This document shows positions 26,363-33,353 of a stretch of 33,353 bases of DNA, piece by piece (position 1 is the first letter of the stretch; each line of letters starts with the position of its first letter). Source of the DNA: an uncultured Clostridia bacterium (GTDB taxonomy: Bacteria; Bacillota; Clostridia; Christensenellales; CAG-917). Made by a program: the position numbers and the translations under genes. The notes beneath the pieces are model-generated. The model ran no database searches. It was given only the letters and a program-made list of their open reading frames with translations, and was not told the DNA's origin. Location of the stretch: contig CANQZE010000003.1 in NCBI GenBank assembly GCA_947628255.1, positions 1-33,353 of the forward strand, in the 5' to 3' direction.

Positions 26363-28444
26363 ATGATAATGTCCGAACTTTACGGCAGTATGGTCTTTGA
26401 CGACCGCGCGATGGCAAAGAGCCTTCCCAAGGACACCTATCGCGAACTCAGACGCTGTGTGGAGCAGGATCTGCCTCTCTCGCTCGACGTCGCGAACATC
26501 ATCGCCAACGCGATGAAAGATTGGGCTGTGGAAAAGGGAGTGACCCACTTCACGCACTGGTTCCAACCTCTCACCGGCATAACGGCGGAGAAGCACGACA
26601 GTTTTATCTCGCCGACAAAATCGGGCGGCGTCATTATGGAGCTGAGCGGCAAGGAACTCATCAAAGGCGAGCCTGACGCAAGCTCTTTCCCGAGCGGCGG
26701 ATTGCGCAGCACATTCGAAGCGCGCGGCTACACGGCGTGGGATCCGACGTCATACGCCTTCATCAAGGACGGCATATTGTGCATCCCGACGGCATTTTGC
26801 TCCTACAACGGCGACGCACTGGACAAAAAGACTCCGCTTTTGCGCTCTATGGAGGCCGTCAACAAGCAGGGACTGCGCCTGTTGCACCTGTTCGGCAGAA
26901 AAACCGAGCGCCTCAATATGACCGTCGGTCCGGAGCAGGAATATTTCCTTGTGGACACCAACGCCTATCTCAAGCGCAAGGACCTCTTCTATACGGGACG
27001 CACTCTGTTCGGCGCGCGCCCGCCGAAGGGACAGGAACTCGAAGATCACTATTTCGGCGCGATAAAATCCCGCGTGGTGCGCTATATGAAGGAGCTTGAC
27101 GAGGAGCTGTGGAAGCTGGGCATACTCGCAAAGACAAAGCACAACGAGGTCGCGCCCGCTCAGCACGAGTTCGCGCCCATCTACACCACCGTCAACGTGG
27201 CGTCCGATCAAAACCAGCTTACGATGGAGATAATGAAGAAAGTCGCGGCAAAGCACGGGATGACCTGCCTGTTGCACGAGAAACCTTTCGACGGCGTGAA
27301 CGGAAGCGGCAAGCACAACAACTGGTCGCTTTGCACGAATTTCGGACACAACCTGTTCGAGCCGGGCAGCAATCCCTATGACAACGCACAATTTTTGCTC
27401 ATCATCGCCGCCGTCATCGCCGCCGTGGACGAGCATCAGGATCTGCTGCGCATTTCCGTGGCTTCGGCGGGCAACGATCATCGTCTCGGGGCGAACGAGG
27501 CGCCTCCCGCGATAGTGAGTATGTATCTAGGCGACGAGATCACGGGCATTTTGCAAGCGATCGCGGACGGCAGAGAATACTCCCGCCGCGCAAAGTGCGA
27601 CGTCAAGATCGGCGTACACGTCCTGCCAAAGTTCGCGATGGACAGCGCGGATCGCAACCGCACGTCGCCCTTCGCCTTCACGGGCAACAAGTTCGAATTT
27701 CGTATGCCCGGATCGGCGCAGTCGATCACTACGGTCAACGTCGTGCTGAACACGATTATGGCGGAACAGTTCGAAAAGTTCGCGGACGAGCTTGAAAAAG
27801 CGGAGGACTTCAACCAAGGCATCACGGACATCATCCGTCGCGTGATGAACGAACACGGTCGCATCATCTTCAACGGCAACAACTACTCCGACGAGTGGGT
27901 GCGCGAGGCAAAACGCCGCGGACTGCTCAACCTGCCCACGACGATAGACGCTCTGCCCTACATCACGAGCGAGAAAAACATCAAGCTGTTTGAATCTCAA
28001 GGCGTGTTCACCGAGGCGGAACTCAGGTCGAGACAGGAGATCTACATCGAAAACTATTGCCGCCTGTTGCACATCGAGGCGATGACTATGCTGGATATGG
28101 CAAATATGGAGATCATCCCCGCCGCGATCAAATATAAGGGCGACGTCGCGAAAGCCGCGAAGAATTGCGCTAAGATAGGCGTGCGCGCGGACGACGAGAT
28201 CGAGATATCGGCAAAACTCGCCGAACTCATACACGGCGCGCGCGAGGCGGTCAAAGTGCTTGAGACCGCGGTCGACAAGGCGCACTCCCTAGGCGACAAC
28301 CTCAAGGGCGGCGAATGCTACCGCGACGAGGTCATCCCCGCGATGGCGGCACTGAGAAAAGTGTGCGACGATATCGAGCTGAATATGGCAAAGGAATATT
28401 ATCCTATGCCTACCTATGGAGATCTGCTCTTCTCGGTACATTGA
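26363..28444 (+). CDS. glnA: Glutamine synthetase type III
   Basis: About 693 aa with THFTHWFQPLTG, AEKHDSF, GEPDASSFP, GPEQEYF, HNEVAP, LHEKPF..NGSGKHNNW, HRLGANEAPP and DRNRTSPFAFTGNKFEFR. Confidence 0.96.
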   Translation: MIMSELYGSMVFDDRAMAKSLPKDTYRELRRCVEQDLPLSLDVANIIANAMKDWAVEKGVTHFTHWFQPLTGITAEKHDSFISPTKSGGVIMELSGKELIKGEPDASSFPSGGLRSTFEARGYTAWDPTSYAFIKDGILCIPTAFCSYNGDALDKKTPLLRSMEAVNKQGLRLLHLFGRKTERLNMTVGPEQEYFLVDTNAYLKRKDLFYTGRTLFGARPPKGQELEDHYFGAIKSRVVRYMKELDEELWKLGILAKTKHNEVAPAQHEFAPIYTTVNVASDQNQLTMEIMKKVAAKHGMTCLLHEKPFDGVNGSGKHNNWSLCTNFGHNLFEPGSNPYDNAQFLLIIAAVIAAVDEHQDLLRISVASAGNDHRLGANEAPPAIVSMYLGDEITGILQAIADGREYSRRAKCDVKIGVHVLPKFAMDSADRNRTSPFAFTGNKFEFRMPGSAQSITTVNVVLNTIMAEQFEKFADELEKAEDFNQGITDIIRRVMNEHGRIIFNGNNYSDEWVREAKRRGLLNLPTTIDALPYITSEKNIKLFESQGVFTEAELRSRQEIYIENYCRLLHIEAMTMLDMANMEIIPAAIKYKGDVAKAAKNCAKIGVRADDEIEISAKLAELIHGAREAVKVLETAVDKAHSLGDNLKGGECYRDEVIPAMAALRKVCDDIELNMAKEYYPMPTYGDLLFSVH

Positions 28445-28463
28445 GCCTTTTTGACAATATGAC

Positions 28464-28501
28464 AAACGGCGTAGCGACTGGATCGTCGCTACGCCGTTTT
28501 T
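28464..28501. terminator. Bidirectional terminator between glnA and DUF1540
   Basis: Perfect 15 bp stem AAACGGCGTAGCGAC/GTCGCTACGCCGTTT plus a T-run. Confidence 0.85.
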
Positions 28502-28535
28502 ACATTTTCGCCGTCTTGCCGGACGTCCTATCCGA

Positions 28536-28847
28536 TCAGTCGCGGCTCTTGATGAAAGTGCGACACTTTGTGGAAAACGCGGAGTCGCGCACGTCGATCT
28601 GCTCGTTGGCGCACAGCCCGTTGTTGTTGAAGGCGCACTCCGCGGAGCATTGCACGAGCGACTCAAGATCGTTTTGCAACACGTCGTCGCCCGCCTCTAT
28701 ATCGGCGAAATTTTGAGCCAACGCGCCGCCCTCTCTCTTGATGCGGCTGATGCATTTTGCGTTTTCGCCTATGGAGATCACTCCCGCAAGGCACTTATTT
28801 TTGAGATTATGCTCACAATTTGATGTCGAACAGTTGATTTGTTTCAT
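28536..28847 (-). CDS. DUF1540 domain protein (two Cys-rich repeats; usually spore-associated)
   Basis: INCSTSNCEHN..CLAGVISI and VQCSAECAFN..CANEQIDV..TKCRTF. GGAGG RBS. CATAATA (SigG-like -10) upstream at 28884-28890. Confidence 0.78.
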   Translation of the reverse strand: MKQINCSTSNCEHNLKNKCLAGVISIGENAKCISRIKREGGALAQNFADIEAGDDVLQNDLESLVQCSAECAFNNNGLCANEQIDVRDSAFSTKCRTFIKSRD

Positions 28848-28930
28848 AGATTTTCCTCCGACGCGCAGACGCGCTTTTGAGCTTATTATGTCCAAAAACG
28901 CACTTTTATATCTATGCGGTCATAAATTTA

Positions 28931-28959
28931 TTGAAAATCGCGACAAGCTATGCTAAAAT
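28931..28959 (+). promoter_or_regulatory. Sigma-A promoter of rplI
   Basis: TTGAAA-17-TAAAAT with extended TG. Confidence 0.7.
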
Positions 28960-28989
28960 GTTTTCAACAACTCCAAAGGAGATCGCATT

Positions 28990-29436
28990 ATGAAGGTCAT
29001 TTTGCTCAAGGACGTCAAGGGGACGGGCAAACAGGGCGAGCTTATCGAAGTCAACGACGGCTATGCGCGCAACTTTTTGATCAAAAAGGGGCTGGCGCAG
29101 GAAGGCACCCCGCAAAATCTCAACACATTCGAACAGCGCAAGCGCGCTCAGGCGGCGAAGATCGCTCAGGAAAAAGCGGCGGCGCAAGCTCTCGCGGCTC
29201 AACTTAAAGGCAAAACAATCACGGTCGCGGCAAAGGGCGGCGACAACAACGGAAAGATGTTCGGCTCCGTCACCGCCGAGATGATCTCAAACGCGCTCGC
29301 GGCGGAAGGCTTCCAAGTGGACAAACGCAAGATCGACATCAAGGAGAGCATACGCGAATTCGGTCCCGCGCAAGTGACGCTCAAACTGTATGCCGAAGTT
29401 TCCACGACTCTTGACATTGACGTTGTGCGCGCCTGA
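28990..29436 (+). CDS. rplI: 50S ribosomal protein L9
   Basis: [30 protein letters not shown] and GKMFGSVT. Confidence 0.97.
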   Translation: MKVILLKDVKGTGKQGELIEVNDGYARNFLIKKGLAQEGTPQNLNTFEQRKRAQAAKIAQEKAAAQALAAQLKGKTITVAAKGGDNNGKMFGSVTAEMISNALAAEGFQVDKRKIDIKESIREFGPAQVTLKLYAEVSTTLDIDVVRA

Positions 29437-29520
29437 ACAAATCAAAGATAATCAAATTTTTCGCGAAATTTGTCGAAAAAGGATTTTATTTGTCAAATTT
29501 GCGCGGATAAACATCGGATA

Positions 29521-30240
29521 ATGGAATTTACTACCCTTCTCAACATAGACGACAAAGTCATTTTGCAAGACGACGAAGGCTACTGTTTTTCGCAGGATTC
29601 CGTGCTGCTTGCAAACCTTGCCGAAATCAAAAAAGGCGCGAAAGCGATCGATCTTGGCAGCGGAAGCGGCGTGCTTGCGACACTTGCCGTCCTCAAAAAG
29701 GGCGCAGATCTTGCCGTTGGGATAGAGGCGAACGCGGCGGAAGTCGACAGAGCGACGAGAAGCGCAAAACTCAACGGACTTGAGGACAAACTCTCCTTCA
29801 TATGCGGAGACGTCAAGGACATTCGCTCTCTTTTGGGCGCGGGGAAATTTGACGTCGCGCTGTGCAATCCGCCCTATTTCGAGGCGAACCCCAAACTGCC
29901 TTCAAACGGAGCGAGGGATATGGCGCGCAGAGAGAGCGGCGCGACGCTCGCGGACTTTGTGAACGCGGCGGCTTACGCCCTCAAAAACAAGGGCGAAGCG
30001 TGGTTTGTCGTCAAAACGGCGAGGCTTGCCGAGATAATTTCCTTGCTCGTCGGCGCAAAGTTGGAGCCCAAGAGGCTCATTCTGCTCAAGCCGAAGCCGT
30101 CCTCGGAGGCGGACGTCATCGTCATACGCGCGGTGAAGTGCGGCGGCAAAGGATTGGACCTCAAAACGTTTGTCTGTATGAAAGAGGACGGAAGTTTTTC
30201 GGACGAATACGACAAGCTCTATTCGGATATCGCAAAATAG
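29521..30240 (+). CDS. tRNA1(Val) A37 N6-methyltransferase-like protein (YabB/TrmN6 family)
   Basis: FSQDSVLLA, DLGSGSG and CNPPYF. Sits directly upstream of rsmI, as yabB does. Confidence 0.85.
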   Translation: MEFTTLLNIDDKVILQDDEGYCFSQDSVLLANLAEIKKGAKAIDLGSGSGVLATLAVLKKGADLAVGIEANAAEVDRATRSAKLNGLEDKLSFICGDVKDIRSLLGAGKFDVALCNPPYFEANPKLPSNGARDMARRESGATLADFVNAAAYALKNKGEAWFVVKTARLAEIISLLVGAKLEPKRLILLKPKPSSEADVIVIRAVKCGGKGLDLKTFVCMKEDGSFSDEYDKLYSDIAK

Positions 30241-30248
30241 GAGACAAT

Positions 30249-31055
30249 ATGGCAAAGCTGTACATTGTGGGTACGCCGATAGGCAATCTCGGCGATATGA
30301 CGTTGCGCGGGATCGAAACGCTGAAGAACGCGGACGTCGTCGCGTGCGAGGACACGCGACATTCCCTGCCCCTGCTTTCTCATTTCGGGATCAAAAAGGA
30401 ACTTGTCGCCTATCACAAATTCAACGAGGCGGAGTGCAGCGAGCGGCTGATCGAGATGATCCTGAGCGGCAAAAACGTCGCGCTTATCACGGACGCGGGT
30501 ATGCCGTCGGTGAGCGATCCCGGCGCGGAAATCGTGACGAAGTGCCGCGAAAGAGGCGTTGACGTCGAGGTCGTCCCCGGTCCGACTGCCGTTATGAGCG
30601 CGCTCGCGTTGAGCGGGATCAAGAGCAAAGGTTTTGTATTTTTGGGTTTCCTGCCCGAAAAAAAGGCGGAAATTGAAGATATTTTGTCAAAGACGGCGTT
30701 TTGCGGGTTGCCGATCGCGCTGTACGTCGCTCCGCACGACCTCAAAAAGACGGCGGCGACTCTTCTGAAACAGCTCGGAGACCGCACGGCGTACGTCTGC
30801 CGCGAATTGACAAAATTGCACGAGTGCGTCGAGGTCACCTCACTTGCCTCTTTTGAGTGCGAAGAGCGCGGCGAGATCGTGCTTATCGTGGACTCCGCTC
30901 CCGCCGACAATCCTCTGAACGAACTGCCCGTGGAGGAACACGTGCGCCGCTATATCGCGCAGGGCTATTCCAAAAAAGACGCCGTCAAGCGCGCCGCTCA
31001 GGACAGAGGCGTCCCAAAGAACGAAGTGTATCAAGCCTGCCTCGACCTCGACTGA
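30249..31055 (+). CDS. rsmI: 16S rRNA C1402 2'-O-methyltransferase
   Basis: LYIVGTPIGNLGD, ACEDTR, DAGMPSVSDPG, VPGPTA, RELTKLHE and RGE. Confidence 0.95.
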   Translation: MAKLYIVGTPIGNLGDMTLRGIETLKNADVVACEDTRHSLPLLSHFGIKKELVAYHKFNEAECSERLIEMILSGKNVALITDAGMPSVSDPGAEIVTKCRERGVDVEVVPGPTAVMSALALSGIKSKGFVFLGFLPEKKAEIEDILSKTAFCGLPIALYVAPHDLKKTAATLLKQLGDRTAYVCRELTKLHECVEVTSLASFECEERGEIVLIVDSAPADNPLNELPVEEHVRRYIAQGYSKKDAVKRAAQDRGVPKNEVYQACLDLD

Positions 31056-31249
31056 CATATATCGCCAAAGCAAAATGTGCGCGAGGAGCGTCAACTTGCC
31101 ACGGCGGAACAATATCCTCAAAAAGTTTCAAAAGACGAAGATCTTTTGACGTTCGGGCTTCAAAAACTCACGACGTATATCAAATTTTGCTCTTTTATTC
31201 GCTTTTTCGCTTTGCGGATCCGAGGGCAATTTTTCTTTTTATGCAGGCA

Positions 31250-31279
31250 TTGACAGCCGTCGGGTTTTAAGGTTATAAT
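31250..31279 (+). promoter_or_regulatory. Sigma-A promoter of the LRR lipoprotein gene
   Basis: TTGACA-18-TATAAT. Confidence 0.7.
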
Positions 31280-31428
31280 AGTATTGCCGTATACCTACAT
31301 ATATTTTATCGCTCGCGCGTTCGCACGTGTGCAAAATTTTTGGGGTTTTATGCGGCCAATATGTCCGCAAGGCGGCTCTGCCGAGCGGCTCGGCGCCGAG
31401 ATGTGCGCGCCGAAAAAGGAGTATCTTT

Positions 31429-33353
31429 ATGGGAAAGAGATGCAGACATCTGTTGAATGCGTTTGCGGCGGTGATGTTGCTCGTCCTTGCGGCGGCTGTC
31501 CTCGTCGCCTGCGGCGGGCAAAAAGTTCCTGCAGGTTCGGGTACGATCGTGATCCCCGGCGCCACCTCTCCGACAGAGGGTGACGCCAAAACGGCGAGTA
31601 TGTTCCGACTGGAACCCGAGGGCAACGGATATACGATCACAAAATATCTCTATGACGACGCAGAGTTGACCATCCCCGCCTCATACGCTCAAAAGCCCAT
31701 CCTCTCCATAGGGCCTTCCGCATTTGCGGATTGTTCGACTCTCACCGCGGTGACCGTTCCCGAGGGCGTCGTGGCGATAGGCGAAAACGCGTTTGCCCGT
31801 TGCTCGTCGCTGAGCGCAGTCACGTTGCCTTCCGGCCTAGAGAGCATAGGCGCGTACGCTTTTGCGGGGTGCGGCGCCATCGTCAAAGCGGACTATCAAG
31901 GCACATTGGCGGATTGGTGCGGCATAGATTTCGGCGGCGAACAGGCAAATCCCATCGAATACGCCAACTCCCGCACTTTCGGACAGGCGAGGATCTACGT
32001 CAAAAACACCGACGCCGATCTTCCCGTGCAACAGGTGATTGCGGGCAACGTTGATATTCCCGCGGGGACTCCCGCCGTCGCGGACTATGCGTTTGCGTGC
32101 GCGATCGACATCAAAGAAGTGACCATCGGCGAGGGCGCGACGAGAATAGGCGCGTACGCTTTCAAAAATTGCACCAATCTCACATCAATAACTTTCCCGG
32201 AAGGCGTCGCCGAGATTGGCGATTATGCCTTTGAGGGTTGCACGGCGTTGCCGTCCGCATCCATCGCGAGCGGCTTGACGACGATAGGCGCGGCGGCGTT
32301 CAAAGATTGCATCAATTTGAGTTCCATCGAGTTGCCCTCCACGCTCGACAGCGTGGGTCTGCACGCGTTTTACGGTTGCGAAAAGCTCAAAAAAGTCAAC
32401 TTCCTCGGCGAACTCAACGATTGGAGCGACGTGCTATTCCACGGCTATGCGTCCAATCCTCTGCAACTTGCGGCAGGTTCCGTAAAACTGCTCGCGAACG
32501 GCAACGAGGTCAAAGGCCGCGTCGAGATCCCAAGCGGCGCGTCAAGGGTCGGCGACTATGCCTTCTTCGGGCTTTCTGACGTCACCGAAGTCGTCATTCC
32601 CGAGGGCGTGACCGAGATCGGAATGCGGGCGTTTGAGGGTTGCACATCTCTCGATACGATCTCCATCCCCAACAGCGCCGTCACGATAGACGATTCCGCA
32701 TTCACTAGTTGCGGCAAATTCAAAAAAGCTAGCCTTCCCGTCTCGGCTATGGACAAGATCCCCGTCGACGACATAACGGACCTCACGATCGCGGGCGGCG
32801 TCCCCACGAGAGAGATTATGGCGAAATTCGGCAAAACGGTCGTCCTGACATTGGCGCCCGAGGTCGTCAAGATCGGCGCGCTTGCCTTTGAAGATTGCGC
32901 GTCTCTTGCCGAGATCGACTATCAAGGCGACTTCGAAAGCTGGCTCGCGATAGATTTCGAGGAAGGCGTCACTCCCGAAAAGATCAAAAACAATCTCTAC
33001 ATATCAAACAAACGCGCGGTATTCCCCACAGTGATAACGCTGTCCGAAAACGCGCAAAAGATAGGAAACTATGCCTTCTTCGGCGTCACCGATCTGACTG
33101 AGGTCCACTTCCCCGGCACGCTGACGAGCGTCGGCGACTATGCCTTCTGCGGATGCACTTCCCTGTCCGTCATAGAATTTGCCCCTCTTCCTCAGCCCGA
33201 GACTCCTCCCCAACAGAACGACGACGAGCAGGGCGAAGGCTCTCAGACGGAAACGAGCCAACCCAAGGCGGCGGCAGTATGCGCCATCGGGCAATACGCC
33301 TTCGAGGGTTGCGCGGCGATCGAGACGCTGAAATTCAGCGACGCGGTGGCTTC
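31429..33353 (+). CDS. BspA-type (LRR_5) leucine-rich repeat surface lipoprotein, 3'-truncated; missing from the ORF track because it has no stop in the window
   Basis: AAGGAG RBS, MGKRCRH..AAAVLVAC lipobox, and repeated IGxxAFxxCxxLxxVxxP units (e.g. SIGPSAFADCSTLTAVTVPEGV). Confidence 0.9.
   Translation, partial: MGKRCRHLLNAFAAVMLLVLAAAVLVACGGQKVPAGSGTIVIPGATSPTEGDAKTASMFRLEPEGNGYTITKYLYDDAELTIPASYAQKPILSIGPSAFADCSTLTAVTVPEGVVAIGENAFARCSSLSAVTLPSGLESIGAYAFAGCGAIVKADYQGTLADWCGIDFGGEQANPIEYANSRTFGQARIYVKNTDADLPVQQVIAGNVDIPAGTPAVADYAFACAIDIKEVTIGEGATRIGAYAFKNCTNLTSITFPEGVAEIGDYAFEGCTALPSASIASGLTTIGAAAFKDCINLSSIELPSTLDSVGLHAFYGCEKLKKVNFLGELNDWSDVLFHGYASNPLQLAAGSVKLLANGNEVKGRVEIPSGASRVGDYAFFGLSDVTEVVIPEGVTEIGMRAFEGCTSLDTISIPNSAVTIDDSAFTSCGKFKKASLPVSAMDKIPVDDITDLTIAGGVPTREIMAKFGKTVVLTLAPEVVKIGALAFEDCASLAEIDYQGDFESWLAIDFEEGVTPEKIKNNLYISNKRAVFPTVITLSENAQKIGNYAFFGVTDLTEVHFPGTLTSVGDYAFCGCTSLSVIEFAPLPQPETPPQQNDDEQGEGSQTETSQPKAAAVCAIGQYAFEGCAAIETLKFSDAVA

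Noticed and set aside
29862-30248. N-terminal extension of RsmI (397 aa ORF)
   Set aside because: It overlaps the methyltransferase in another frame. The true start is 30249, with an AGGAG RBS.
31285-31428. c-di-GMP or other riboswitch in the LRR gene leader
   Set aside because: Only small GC hairpins are present, with no known consensus.

Overview
A 33 kb chromosomal segment, most likely from a moderately GC-rich gut Clostridia-type Firmicute (inferred from gene content, sigma-A promoters and a DUF1540 gene). From left to right it holds: the end of a DnaC/IstB-like ATPase; an xpt + BMP-family nucleoside ABC transporter operon with a structured leader; a tandem-domain class II aldolase; a feoA-feoA-feoB-Cys-rich iron-uptake operon whose FeoB carries a duplicated acidic insertion; TetR, DUF2461 and an APH-like kinase; an accessory stretch (about 14.7-19.0 kb) with a direct-repeat-flanked NTF2-like/HxlR module and a three-gene candidate defence locus (small protein, PD-(D/E)xK-like nuclease, RNase J-like MBL hydrolase with an extra N-terminal domain); purB-purA-guaA followed by TPR and DUF4037 genes; a nest of REP/MITE-like palindromes; type III glutamine synthetase; DUF1540; rplI, a tRNA m6A methyltransferase and rsmI; and the start of a BspA-type LRR lipoprotein. 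I found no rRNA, tRNA, CRISPR array, integrase or transposase. All calls come from reading motifs by eye; no searches were run.
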